Positions 51,575 to 62,268 of a DNA stretch of 64,000 nucleotides are shown piece by piece; the stretch's first letter is position 1, and every line of letters begins with the position of its first letter. Origin of the DNA: Tortispora ganteri. Lineage: Eukaryota. A program made the position numbers and the translations under genes. Location: positions 62,001 to 126,000 of the forward strand of contig PPNB01000009.1 in the NCBI GenBank assembly GCA_003707115.1. Direction: 5' to 3'. The notes beneath the pieces are model-generated. The model searched no databases. It saw nothing but the letters and a program-made list of their open reading frames with translations, and was not told the DNA's origin.

Positions 51575-52285
51575 GTTCGCTATTGTCCTTGTATGCGTAA
51601 ACCGCGTTATACTCCGACCACCAAGTCTCAGTTATTACTTCCGAATGTTGAATCAAATAATACGAAAACTTAAACTCTACCAAGAGCCAAATAAGGTTTT
51701 CTAAAGCTAGCTTAGATCCACATCTCCGAAACTGAATCTATCATTTTTCCAGTAATGATCACACTCCAGCATCTCTATACTTTAATATTTGAAGTTCTAA
51801 TAATTTCAGTTAACTCATTTATAAGTATGATAAAATTTTACAGTATAAGATTCACCTGTAGTTCATACTATCATTCTTTCAATTATTTTCACAATAAGAT
51901 CGACATTCTTACTGCCCCTAGGACGGTTAAATTTTGCTCAAAATAACGTTTAAAATAATTAAATTCCATTGGCTAATTTGCTTCAATAAACACTTTATTT
52001 GCACTGTTTTAAGTTATAACAGCGCAAAAACCTTAACTAAGTTTGTAACTAGGTATCGGAATATTTAACTTTTCGGTTAGGACTTTCAGATTTCTAAGAG
52101 CCACCGCCTATATAAATACTTTCCTGGTTCTTGCCGCCTCCCATACTCTTATATCACCTGTCAATTACTATTTTCGTGTCAATTGACTAAAGTACTATCA
52201 GATTGCCCCTACTTGATTACTCACCACTCTTCCAAATTGCGTGTATTCTTAGCTCGTATTCTCTAAGTTTGAACCAGGTACCAAA

Positions 52286-52933
52286 ATGCAAAAGTTCTCT
52301 GTCCCCACATACCTACGTTTTGCGCTCTTACCTTTGTCTATTTTAATTTTAGGCCTCTCGGCATATTCAGTTGGAAACTTTGGTTATTCTTTTGGAAGAT
52401 CGTATTACTGGTACTCTTACAGTTATTATTACGCTGCTGACGCCAATGCTGTGGCGGTCGCCGTCGTAACCTTCTTGTGCTACCTCTACGAAATCCTGGC
52501 TCTGTTTATATGGAAATCATTGGTCATTCCTCTCGCTTTCGTTGTCATCGAGACTGCCCTTTCTATATGGTGGTTTGCTACATGGATTGCTCAAGCTGCG
52601 GTCCACGGCGATAATGCTTATGGCTACACTCCGGCTGATACTGCCCGCGCCTCTGCCGCGTTCGGTGCTGTAGTATGGGTAATCATTTTCCATCTCACAA
52701 TAATAGAGATTCTTAACTTCAAGAATACGCGCAACATCGATGATGCCTTAGAGACCACCACAATCTTGGGTATCACTGGGTATGGTCCCTCCACTTGGAA
52801 ATATACCTGTTCTGGATCATCTTCCTTTGGTGTATCTTCGGAGCCAAAACCAACAGTTACTACTGAAACTAACCCCGCCACAGAGCTAGCTGACACAGTC
52901 TCTCCGGTCTCTGACCTTGAAGCTCAGCGATAA
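52286..52933 (+). CDS. MARVEL-like four-TM membrane protein
   Basis: Four hydrophobic helices (LRFALLPLSILILGLSAY; AVAVAVVTFL; IETALSIWWFATWIAQA; ARASAAFGAVVWVIIF). TATAAATA lies upstream near 52110. Confidence 0.75.
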   Translation: MQKFSVPTYLRFALLPLSILILGLSAYSVGNFGYSFGRSYYWYSYSYYYAADANAVAVAVVTFLCYLYEILALFIWKSLVIPLAFVVIETALSIWWFATWIAQAAVHGDNAYGYTPADTARASAAFGAVVWVIIFHLTIIEILNFKNTRNIDDALETTTILGITGYGPSTWKYTCSGSSSFGVSSEPKPTVTTETNPATELADTVSPVSDLEAQR

Positions 52934-53979
52934 ATTTGTGCCGGATTTTCGTAGCTTGTCGCTTCTTTTTCTTTCGAGGTTGGAGCACACCCTCTTGCTT
53001 CGTTGTTCGTTCAATATTTAATCTTTCTGTTTTTTGTTTTCTGTTTTTAATTTATTATCTTTGAAGGCGCACTGTGGATATAAGATACTAACTTTCACAC
53101 CTTAATGTTTTCTTTCAACTATCCACTACCCTATTGTTTCCTGCTACGCAGTCTATTTTACCGTGCTTTATTCATAATCGATTCCCCAAAGTGCTGGCCA
53201 ATAATAATAGTAATCTGTCAAAGTTTATATCTGCCTTTTGATGTCATAGCTCTATATTGCTTTCACATAGTTGATGTATCTTCAATATTAGCCAATAAAT
53301 AATATACCTAATAAAGTAGTAGATCCACATAGCGCAGTTTCGGTGATAACAGAAAACATTTGCATTTTGTCTATAGTGAGTATACAGGTCACGGTATTGA
53401 CGGATTAACCCCCATTTATAGAAAAAAAATATTATAATAGGCGCATTTTGAATTAACCTAAAGCTGGAATCTGCACCAGATTATTATAAGAATCAAAGTT
53501 CTTGGTTTGGATCAGACATGGTCCAACATCGTTCTGCAAGCGTTCCTGTCATTGATTAATCTATAATTGCGCCACTCACTCTATAATGAGAGCGCATAAA
53601 AACTATACTTTATCTATTAACTCAATGTTTTCTTACACTGAATAGTTGTTTCATCTAATTAAGAAGTTAGATAGGTGAGTTCTAGAGAACTTTTGATCAT
53701 GCTATGCCTCAGCAGGTGGTCTGACTATTGTCCAAAGTCAAGTTAATACACTAATAATAATAGTAAACATAGAATTGATAGATAATATTAGCAATTGAGT
53801 ATCTATGAAATATTATAACTCATTTTTATTGTAATACATATTGGTTCGATGTAGCTGATACTCAATTTCGTAATTTGACATATGTATCACCATGGCAACT
53901 ACAATGTGAATATTTTTAGGTAACAATGAGCGAGTGACACACCTGAACATATAAATCGTCATATTATAAAGACAAAAGG

Positions 53980-54243
53980 ATGGCTCGGAAATCTCTCGAG
54001 CCGGTATTCCGACGGATAAAAGTGAAACATCCATTTTCGCTACAAGATGCAGACCCTGCACTACTGAAGTTGCAACAAATGCTCAAATGCTGGGCCTCAT
54101 ACGGACCGAATTCTGCGAAATGCGAAGAGTTTAAAATTGAGTACTTAGAAGCTACTAGTCAGCGACAAAAGGTAGAATTAGAACGAACACCGATAAATTA
54201 CCACGCAAGACGGTTGCAGGATAAAGTCATGAAACGATATTGA
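53980..54243 (+). CDS. MRP10: Mitochondrial small-subunit ribosomal protein mS37
   Basis: RIKVKHP, MLKCWASYG..S.KC and INYHARRL match Mrp10. Only two cysteines remain. Confidence 0.9.
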   Translation: MARKSLEPVFRRIKVKHPFSLQDADPALLKLQQMLKCWASYGPNSAKCEEFKIEYLEATSQRQKVELERTPINYHARRLQDKVMKRY

Positions 54244-54432
54244 ATTGTTGTTGTAAGTAACAACGGCAAGATGGAATTGGGGCTTGTTCATCAGAAATGA
54301 ACAGGTGTATTTGCGCGAAAGCGTAGCCTAACATATAACAATCTAAGAAATGATAATATAATGAAAAGAAGCGAATGTAATTGTAACATGAACGAGCACG
54401 TTAGGTATTGTAGATAAAGTCGTGGTCTATCG

Positions 54433-55566
54433 TTATTTAAGATCTTGAGGTGACCCGTCCCATGGGAGGGTGCCAGAATATATCTCACCTTCGTATCCGC
54501 AGAACGTCAAGATATCCAGCAGATCTGGGCAAGTAAGATAGTAAGGAGGAGTTCGGTGAAATGGGTTTCGCTGCATTTTCTTTTGCACAAGTATAGGATC
54601 TCTGCAAGCATACATGTCAGATTCGAAAGGCCTAAGAGAGTAGGATATTTCACTCTCTCCAATATTCGACTCCAAATCATCAGGATCAATACCAATAAAA
54701 CTAAAAGAAGACATTGGGTATCTGATTGCCTTTCTGTGTAAGTTGATAAAACGGTTACGCTTGAATTCAAAGCTAATCACTGTGATCTTTTGAGGGTAGT
54801 TACCGGTGAACTCTTTGAAGCGAGCGATTGAAAATAACAAGTTGTCAAAACTATCTAGAGCATACTCTTCAGTAGTGATTCTCTGGAGCAATTTTGTGTT
54901 GTTAACAAATCCCTGCGATGTGAGATCGAAGTAGGACCCAGCTTCTGACCTCGCGCCCAAGTTCGCGTGCGTTTGGCCACCGGTGAAAATAAGTATGGAG
55001 TTGGGGTCAGAAGTAAGAAGTTGCAGGCCTTTTTGTATATGTTCTATAAAAGTTTTGTGTTGGCCAGTTTGATAGATTTCCAGGTCCCATTCGCTTTCGT
55101 CTTCACCCAAACTGCTACCACCCTTCCATATTGTATGGCAAGCAGTGATGATCAAATGATCATACACGTCGTCAGTAAAATCGGGGGATGACGATGCGAC
55201 TCTATCGGATTTTACTATGCTATTGATGATTTGAGCGCGAGACTGGTCATCATTCTGTAAAAACGAATAGTCGGATATTCCCGTCTGATAAGAAGAAGTG
55301 TGTTGATACTGCAACGGCAGATTGTCAGCAGTCAAGTCTGCGAGGGATGTCTCTTCAGCAATATCTTCACCAGTAGAATCTTCTTGAGCTTCGTCCTGGT
55401 TTCCTACGTCGTACTTTTGCGCTGAGAGCGGCTGAATATTTGTCGGAAAAGGTGGGTGGCTACGAGATCCCACCTGGTCAGATTGCAACATTAGAGAGGA
55501 CAAGAAGAACGTTAGCAGAAGAGCCGAAATTACTGTGAATTTCGTTAATCTGCACGCCCTAGCCAT
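54433..55566 (-). CDS. DUF218-family protein (YOR238W-like) with an N-terminal signal anchor
   Basis: HLIITACHTIW, FIEHI, IFTGGQT, SEAGSY, EEYALDSFDNLLFSIARF, FKRNRF..LHRKAI, RNPF. Confidence 0.82.
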   Translation of the reverse strand: MARACRLTKFTVISALLLTFFLSSLMLQSDQVGSRSHPPFPTNIQPLSAQKYDVGNQDEAQEDSTGEDIAEETSLADLTADNLPLQYQHTSSYQTGISDYSFLQNDDQSRAQIINSIVKSDRVASSSPDFTDDVYDHLIITACHTIWKGGSSLGEDESEWDLEIYQTGQHKTFIEHIQKGLQLLTSDPNSILIFTGGQTHANLGARSEAGSYFDLTSQGFVNNTKLLQRITTEEYALDSFDNLLFSIARFKEFTGNYPQKITVISFEFKRNRFINLHRKAIRYPMSSFSFIGIDPDDLESNIGESEISYSLRPFESDMYACRDPILVQKKMQRNPFHRTPPYYLTCPDLLDILTFCGYEGEIYSGTLPWDGSPQDLK

Positions 55567-56132
55567 TTTCTATTCCTTTTAATGCAGCAAGGAAAGAAAA
55601 AAACAAATGCAAAAGTATCTTTATCAGAAGAAAAGAGAAAAAATAATTAATTGAAGAAGGTGATAGCTGGTCGATAAACAAATTAAATAAATACCCAATA
55701 GGCCGAGGGGGAAAAGGGGTGCAAACCTTAATGTAAGAAAAACTTTGCAATTGTACGATAACGGTAAGTTAGACCAATATATCGGTTCATTTAAAACGAT
55801 ATGAAGAAAATTAACGTAAAGTTAGTGATAGTGATGACAATAAACAATAATAATATGTGAAAGAGGCGAAAGAAGCGAGAACTTTGATGTTGGAAGATGT
55901 GTAGTTGTAGTTGTGAGGCCAGCTTACTCAGCGTGGCTGGCTGGGTCCTTTTCGTTTAAACGAGTTTATTCAGGTAGTGTTCGTACCTTAACATGCATCA
56001 TCTTTTGACGGCCAAATCGATGATCACTGAAAGTTCAAACTTAATTTTTTAAGCCTCTTGTAACAATAAGGGTCGAAATGGCTAGTTAGCCGTAATTTTC
56101 ATGCCATTCTTATTTATAATCAACTTCAGATT

Positions 56133-57266
56133 TCATTGTCTAGGCTTTTTTGAGTCAGCGTTATTATCTGAATCAGCTGGTCGTTTCTTTTTTCGTACAA
56201 ATCCTGACAAATCATTCATTGCGGTTTCACCAGCTAATGATGCAGCGATCTTTGCTTTGATTTCTTCTTGAAGCTCCTCTTCAAGGGTTTTATCCGATTT
56301 AATATTCTTTCCTTCTTTTAGTTCCTTGAGTCTCAGTTGTAAATCACTTAAAAGCTCTTTGTCTGTAGACTCACCTGATTTAAGCTGCGCCTTCACACCA
56401 TTTATGGCCTTCTCTAATTGCTCAATAGCCTCTTCTTTACTGTTCTCGTTATGAATGTCATACTCAAGCGCAAGCGATAGCTTGTAGTGGCACTCAGACA
56501 CTTCGGGTGATGTCTCAGTAAAAATTTGCTGCTTCAGCTTCAGCGACTCCTTCAGGTCAATTACGGCTTGTGTAAACGACTCGCTTTCTAAGCTAATTTC
56601 ACCCAACAAATCGTAAATATCCGCAAGTTTTGTCAGAATAGACTTGCCTTCTTCGCTTTTGGCAAATTCTTCTGCGCTCAATTTGCCTTGTTTTTCAGAT
56701 AGCTGCTTCTCTAGTAGAGTCCTTGCAAGGTCCAATATAGTCCATGCTTCCTCGAAGTCGTCCGTGATACCGGATTCCGGTTCGGCATCTGCGCCGTCAT
56801 CTTCTGACGTGTCTTCGTTGGCAATTTGCGCCTTGGTCGCGTCTTCAAGGTCTGCCTCAGAATTTTCAGGAGCTGGCTCGTCTGGCTCGTCGCCTTCGAC
56901 CGGTCCGCCTTCAAACGTGAACACCCCAGTAACAGGTTGCGCGTCCGGCTCTTCGCCGTCTTCACTCTCTGCAGCGGCAACAATCTCTGGCTCAACCGAC
57001 CCCAATACTTGCGATGTATTCACAGCAACAGCAAATAGCGATTTACCATATTTTAACAACAGATTCGCATCGTCAGCACCGTTTAGTTCCATATTAACCT
57101 CGCACGCATCCGCGTACTTATCGGAAGCTTCATCGTACTGCTTAAGCGAGTAAAGTCGGTCACCTTCAGCAACTAAATCCGCAAGGTCAGATGCAGTGTG
57201 TGGATTTTCTGCCGCCAGTTGCTTTGCAGCCTTCAGAATCATCTCATCCGATATTTGTTCTGCCAT
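56133..57266 (-). CDS. HIF1: Histone chaperone NASP/Hif1/Sim3 (SHNi-TPR)
   Basis: LLLKYGKSLF, acidic insert, [55 protein letters not shown]. Confidence 0.92.
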   Translation of the reverse strand: MAEQISDEMILKAAKQLAAENPHTASDLADLVAEGDRLYSLKQYDEASDKYADACEVNMELNGADDANLLLKYGKSLFAVAVNTSQVLGSVEPEIVAAAESEDGEEPDAQPVTGVFTFEGGPVEGDEPDEPAPENSEADLEDATKAQIANEDTSEDDGADAEPESGITDDFEEAWTILDLARTLLEKQLSEKQGKLSAEEFAKSEEGKSILTKLADIYDLLGEISLESESFTQAVIDLKESLKLKQQIFTETSPEVSECHYKLSLALEYDIHNENSKEEAIEQLEKAINGVKAQLKSGESTDKELLSDLQLRLKELKEGKNIKSDKTLEEELQEEIKAKIAASLAGETAMNDLSGFVRKKKRPADSDNNADSKKPRQ

Positions 57267-57305
57267 CTTACGCGTCGTCGAATGAAAAGACTAAGAGTCG
57301 CAGAG

Positions 57306-57340
57306 TTACCCGGAGATATACCCTCATTCTCCCACGTGAC
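57306..57340. promoter_or_regulatory. Reb1-like (TTACCCGG) and Cbf1-like (CACGTGAC) sites in the 110-bp HIF1/DML1 bidirectional promoter
   Basis: TTACCCGG at 57306-57313 and CACGTGAC at 57333-57340 match known S. cerevisiae general regulatory factor motifs. Confidence 0.5.
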
Positions 57341-57376
57341 GTTAACGCCTTCTGATGGTGCCTTTCGACCATATAC

Positions 57377-58831
57377 ATGCACGAGATAATCCATTTATCG
57401 TTCTCTGCGCATGCTAACCACATCACTTCGCATTTCTACAATGCACAGGAGTCATATTTCTCGTATACGAGCAAATCGCATATTGATCCGTACGTTAGTT
57501 TCAGACAAGGTAAGGCAACGGACCATAAAACAGACACTTTCACGCCGCGCGCTATCCTCTGGGACATGAAAAACGGTAGAGGTGGCCTGCCCAAAGCTGC
57601 AGATCTGTATGCAGAACAGTATTCACAAGAGTTTAATGTATGGCAAGATGATACTCAGGTCATTGCACAACCTAAAATACCTTTGTCGCCGTACAGGGCT
57701 GCGCTGGATTCAGGCATGGAGTCTGCTGATCAACTATCGGTAGACAATACCAAATATTGGACAGACTATTCCCGGGTTTTCTGGCACCCACGGTCTCTAT
57801 TCGAGCTAGAAAATTGGTACATTGATCCAATAAAGTACCCGAATGGACGTCACAAAGGTTACACGGAATCAAATATCGCACCGTCATTTTCTAACTACGA
57901 GTTTGGCGCCGCAGAATACGAAGCAGCTTCTAAAGCCGATCCAGCTTTCGAAGACACATTCAGAAAGTATCTGGAAGAATGCGAACTTGTAGCTGGTGTC
58001 ACAACTATATCTGAAACCGATACTGCATGGGGTGCCTTCTCTTCACTAGAACTTGCGGAGATTCGCGATAATTACCTGCCAAAGACTCCATTATGCACGT
58101 TCGGTATAGAATCGCCCTCTGATGCGAAACTCACCCGACAAAGCTTGCACACACGCACAAAATCACTTATAGATTTGTTTTCCGTTTCCAATATCTATAT
58201 TCCTTTAACAATTCCCTCAAAACGTGCAGTAGATGCAGCGCTTAACACGCAGTCCTACTGTCCAGATAGCTGGTGGCATTCAGGCGCTCTTTTCAGTACA
58301 GTCTTTGAAACTGCTACAATCACCGCTAGATTGCGAGACGATTACAACTACGTTTCATTGCGAGAGTTGGGTGACCGATTAAATTCAGGAACTAGACGCT
58401 CAGTATGCGGCTCGCTGTTTGCATCTTTCGGCAGTACTTCAACACTCTCTCTCGGTCAATCTTCTTATGACAGCAAAAATACGACCTCACAGAGACTAAG
58501 CAGAAGAAGAAAACATTCTATTCACGAACTATCTTCTCTGAATATAGATCGCTACAGTGACGGAGTGCCAGTTGAAGAAGAAGCAATTAACGTAAAAGCT
58601 CGGTTCAGCAACGTTTCATCACTGCCGGGATTTATGCATATCCAGAACGCGAAACTGGCTCTAGCCGCTACAACTGATACAGGTTACCTGCTTAATGACT
58701 TACTGCAAGTTCTGCCAATGCTTCAATGGCACGACTATGACGAGCGTAGCGAGCTAGCTACAAAAATTGCCAATATGCGCGACGAATATGACTATGAAAT
58801 GACCGATTCAGATTACGATTCCGAACCATGA
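57377..58831 (+). CDS. DML1: Misato/Dml1 tubulin-like protein
   Basis: MHEIIHLSFS..ANHITSHFYNAQES, TFTPRAILWDMKNG.G.L, YWTDYSRVFWHPRS, FRKYLEECE, WWHSGAL. Confidence 0.93.
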   Translation: MHEIIHLSFSAHANHITSHFYNAQESYFSYTSKSHIDPYVSFRQGKATDHKTDTFTPRAILWDMKNGRGGLPKAADLYAEQYSQEFNVWQDDTQVIAQPKIPLSPYRAALDSGMESADQLSVDNTKYWTDYSRVFWHPRSLFELENWYIDPIKYPNGRHKGYTESNIAPSFSNYEFGAAEYEAASKADPAFEDTFRKYLEECELVAGVTTISETDTAWGAFSSLELAEIRDNYLPKTPLCTFGIESPSDAKLTRQSLHTRTKSLIDLFSVSNIYIPLTIPSKRAVDAALNTQSYCPDSWWHSGALFSTVFETATITARLRDDYNYVSLRELGDRLNSGTRRSVCGSLFASFGSTSTLSLGQSSYDSKNTTSQRLSRRRKHSIHELSSLNIDRYSDGVPVEEEAINVKARFSNVSSLPGFMHIQNAKLALAATTDTGYLLNDLLQVLPMLQWHDYDERSELATKIANMRDEYDYEMTDSDYDSEP

Positions 58832-58875
58832 ATCAGTTCGGCTAATGCAATGTGTTTATATATGGAGCCCCTTCT

Positions 58876-61800
58876 CTAGCGACGGCGCGGTTTTGGTCGT
58901 AGCGTCTTTCTTTTCGTAGAGATACCCGCAGTAAACATATCCCCTGCACTGGAATTCATTCCACCCATTGCAGATGGCATAGTACTAGGCGCAAACATGT
59001 TTCCATTCAATCCTGTACCGGATACAGGTGCACTAGGCATAGTCGAAGACCCGAAGTTGAATCCTGATTCGTTCCCAGAACCAAATCCTGTAGACTGTAC
59101 AGGTACACCGCTGGAACCATTTGTATTGAATCCAAAAATTGCCCCTGGGTTATTAGATGCTGTCGATGATGCAGTACCAAAGTTAAATGAGGTAGGCACC
59201 TGCGGAACAGCGCCAAACCCAGACGACGAGCTGGGCGCACTTGGCGCAGTAAAGGTGCCAAATCCAAAGGACCCTCCTGATGACGGGGGAGGAGAAGAAG
59301 CATGCCCAGCACTAAATGTAAATTGGTTTCCAGAGCCAGAAGGTGGAGCAGAAAAGTCGAATTTCAGTCCTTGCGCATTATTGGAAGGCGCAGGTGTACT
59401 GTTACCAGATACGTTCTCAGAAAATGGGTTTCCTGCCGGTTTTGACGTTATATCGGGAGTAAGTTCCTTAGTTGCAGTGTTTCCAAATGAGAAAGCTGCT
59501 TGAGGAGGGGCACTGCTGGCTTTGGTAGTAGATCCAAACGATAATGTGCTCACAGGCGCAGAAAAATTTGACACAGTAGTAGTATTAGGCTCTGGTTGAA
59601 AAGAGAACGGTGAAGATTCTTTTTTCTGCTCTGCTGAAAACGAAGTAGAAGAAAAAGCAGAGGCTCCAAAAGAGAAAGGTTTTGTATTCTTGTCTGAAGT
59701 AGCTGCAGAGGTAAAGGAAAACGCCGGTGCTGTATTCGTCGTTGGAGTTTCTTCTTTCACAGAAGACGGCTCCGGCTTAGCATTGGATGCAAAACTAAAT
59801 GGCACCGATTTAGCCTCACTATTGTTCTGAAAAATATTAGTGCTGGTGGTCATAGGACTAGTGGCTTTCACTGCATCGCTAGAGCTTGTAGAATTGAATC
59901 CGCTAAAACTGGGTTGAGAAGTAGTAGAGGAACCAAACGAAAATACCGGTTTAACAGGTTCAACCTTTTCAGTAGCTACCTTCGACTCTCCTGATACGTA
60001 ATTCGCGCTGTCTTCATCAGACTTAGTACCCAATTTAAAACCAAAAGGTCCACTGTCAGTGGTTGCAGATTTGCTTTCGATCGGATTCGGCTCTTCTGTA
60101 GGTAACTGCTCTGTCTTCGGCTCAAATTGAATTTTAGGTTGAAACGTAGAGTTAGAACTGGTATTCCCAAAAGAAAACAATTGTTTTTTGTTTGAGGAAG
60201 AGGCCTTCGATTCGTCATCAGCAGCAGCGGTAAATGAAAATGCAGGTACCTTTGTTGGATTGGTGGCAGACCCATCAGCAGCACTTTGAAAGGGAGTAAA
60301 TTTGAAAGATGTACTGGAACTTTCAGATTTTTTTCCCTGCGTGGTAATAGGTTCATCTGGACTTTTCTTTTCATCGGGTGAAACTTCCAATGATTTGCTA
60401 GTGGGCGGAGCACTGAACACTGATTTTGTGGGCTCAGAAGTAGACAGCATAGACATCGGGGTACCAGATTTAGATGATACATTGCTAGTCGAATTGGAGC
60501 TAGTCAGGTTGCCGAACTTGAAAGGTGAACTTTCAGCTGGCTTGTCGACTGAGCCAGTTCTTGCATGATCTTCAGCAGAAAAAGGTGGTTTTGGCTCCTT
60601 GCCCTTGTCTAGTGACGAAGAAGTACCGAAGGAGAAAACAGGCTTATCACTGGTCTCCTCTGCGTTACTCTGAAATTTATCAGTAGGATCCGATCCGAAT
60701 GAAAACGGCATTTCATTGAGCCCGTTGGTTGATGATTGAGTCACTTTGTTTATCGTTTGAGGCTGAGAGTTTACAGCTGAACCATTGTTTGTATCTAATC
60801 CTTTAGGCTTTAATTCAGTATTTTTGTTAGAACCAAATAAGTTCGCTTTGTTTCCGTCGGTTGGGTTAGATGAGAAACCAAATGAAGGCGAAGAAGAAAA
60901 CGTAAATTTGGAAGTAGTCTGCTCAGTTGTTTCAGGCAAAGAGGCGGATTTTGCAGGAGATTCATGAAATCGTACAGATTTCGTCTTGTGTTCATGTTCA
61001 TGTGAGTCGGTCGTAGGCTGCTCAGTTTGCATTGAATCAGGGAATCGGAACCCAGCAGATGGCGGTAACACATCGCTTGAGAAAGAGGGAATAGCAGTTC
61101 TTGCTGAGTCTGAGGAGGATGCCGTATGTGGAGGTGTATCTACAGCGGTCTCTGAGACTTTCTCTGATGCGACATTTTGAACCGGGAGCATGTCATAGTC
61201 ATCAAATGCGGCAGAGAAAAAGCCAGGTCGTCGTTTTCTACCTTCTGGAAGTTCTGAGGTTTCCAGGACTCGTTTTCTTTTTCTTTCTAATGACTCTGAA
61301 GATCTTGAAGTAGCCAATTCTTTTGTTTGGTTGATTTTGGCAGTGGACTCAGCAGGTGTTGAATCAACTGTTGTAATTTTCCTACGGCTCGCGAGCCTTG
61401 CTGATCTGCGAATAGTTGTAGGAGGATTAGCAGAGTCGTATGAGCCCAATAGAGAACGTGATCTGGTATGTGCTCGTTTCGAAGTCATTACGGGGGTAGC
61501 GGTTGTGGAAGACTTGTTTAATTGCGATTCTGATGCTGACGATAATGTCTTTTCAGCGGCAGTGACGAGCGGCTGATCTTGCACGTCAGCAACCATAGAC
61601 TGCTTAACTGGTTCTGCAGAAGTACGCATAGAAGGTGACTGATTTGAGTTATCAGAAGAAGCCGGAAAGTTTTTTAGTTCTTCTTGGCGTAGAAAGGCTT
61701 CCTTGTAGGCATTAATTATCGATACCGGATCCTTGGAGTTCCATTGAATGCCTTTGAAGTTCGGTAAAGGAGACGAGGCAGTGGGCAAGCTAGATTTTGA

Positions 61801-62268
61801 AAGAGTAACTGTGTTCAAAGAATTGGAATTAGAATTGAGGAGAGTATTAGGATGGTCCTGGGGAGCAAGCTGCGTATTTACAATCGGATCACTTGCTTGC
61901 ATGGAGTTGGCGGAGCTTTTCGTCCTTAATGGCGATACTAAAGCCCATACAGCATTTATACCTCGAGTAATAGTGTCTGTGAGAGAGTTTCCGATAGACC
62001 TTGAAGGAGATCGAGAGTAGGACGTGAAAGTCGTACGTGGAGGAGGAGTTTGCACTGCTGCTGGAAGCGAGGATTTCGAGAGGCGCGAAGGGACATGATA
62101 AGGCGCTGGACGAAGACGAACGTGTCTAGCGGATCTGACACTTGCTGATTTATGAGGGGAAGAGGTTCTGTTGGGTCCGAGTTTTTCAGGAGTGCGGAGA
62201 GTGTTGTCAATAGTTGATAGTTTTAGAGTAGACACCTGTGGGTTCGAAACGACATCGTTGTGCGACAT
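58876..62268 (-). CDS. NUP1: FxFG nuclear-basket nucleoporin (Nup1/Nup153-like)
   Basis: Many FSFG/FKFG/FNFG/FTFS repeats in a Ser/Thr-rich C-terminal half, ending in the basic KRKTLRPKPRRR typical of Nup1/Nup153. Confidence 0.8.
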   Translation of the reverse strand: MSHNDVVSNPQVSTLKLSTIDNTLRTPEKLGPNRTSSPHKSASVRSARHVRLRPAPYHVPSRLSKSSLPAAVQTPPPRTTFTSYSRSPSRSIGNSLTDTITRGINAVWALVSPLRTKSSANSMQASDPIVNTQLAPQDHPNTLLNSNSNSLNTVTLSKSSLPTASSPLPNFKGIQWNSKDPVSIINAYKEAFLRQEELKNFPASSDNSNQSPSMRTSAEPVKQSMVADVQDQPLVTAAEKTLSSASESQLNKSSTTATPVMTSKRAHTRSRSLLGSYDSANPPTTIRRSARLASRRKITTVDSTPAESTAKINQTKELATSRSSESLERKRKRVLETSELPEGRKRRPGFFSAAFDDYDMLPVQNVASEKVSETAVDTPPHTASSSDSARTAIPSFSSDVLPPSAGFRFPDSMQTEQPTTDSHEHEHKTKSVRFHESPAKSASLPETTEQTTSKFTFSSSPSFGFSSNPTDGNKANLFGSNKNTELKPKGLDTNNGSAVNSQPQTINKVTQSSTNGLNEMPFSFGSDPTDKFQSNAEETSDKPVFSFGTSSSLDKGKEPKPPFSAEDHARTGSVDKPAESSPFKFGNLTSSNSTSNVSSKSGTPMSMLSTSEPTKSVFSAPPTSKSLEVSPDEKKSPDEPITTQGKKSESSSTSFKFTPFQSAADGSATNPTKVPAFSFTAAADDESKASSSNKKQLFSFGNTSSNSTFQPKIQFEPKTEQLPTEEPNPIESKSATTDSGPFGFKLGTKSDEDSANYVSGESKVATEKVEPVKPVFSFGSSTTSQPSFSGFNSTSSSDAVKATSPMTTSTNIFQNNSEAKSVPFSFASNAKPEPSSVKEETPTTNTAPAFSFTSAATSDKNTKPFSFGASAFSSTSFSAEQKKESSPFSFQPEPNTTTVSNFSAPVSTLSFGSTTKASSAPPQAAFSFGNTATKELTPDITSKPAGNPFSENVSGNSTPAPSNNAQGLKFDFSAPPSGSGNQFTFSAGHASSPPPSSGGSFGFGTFTAPSAPSSSSGFGAVPQVPTSFNFGTASSTASNNPGAIFGFNTNGSSGVPVQSTGFGSGNESGFNFGSSTMPSAPVSGTGLNGNMFAPSTMPSAMGGMNSSAGDMFTAGISTKRKTLRPKPRRR

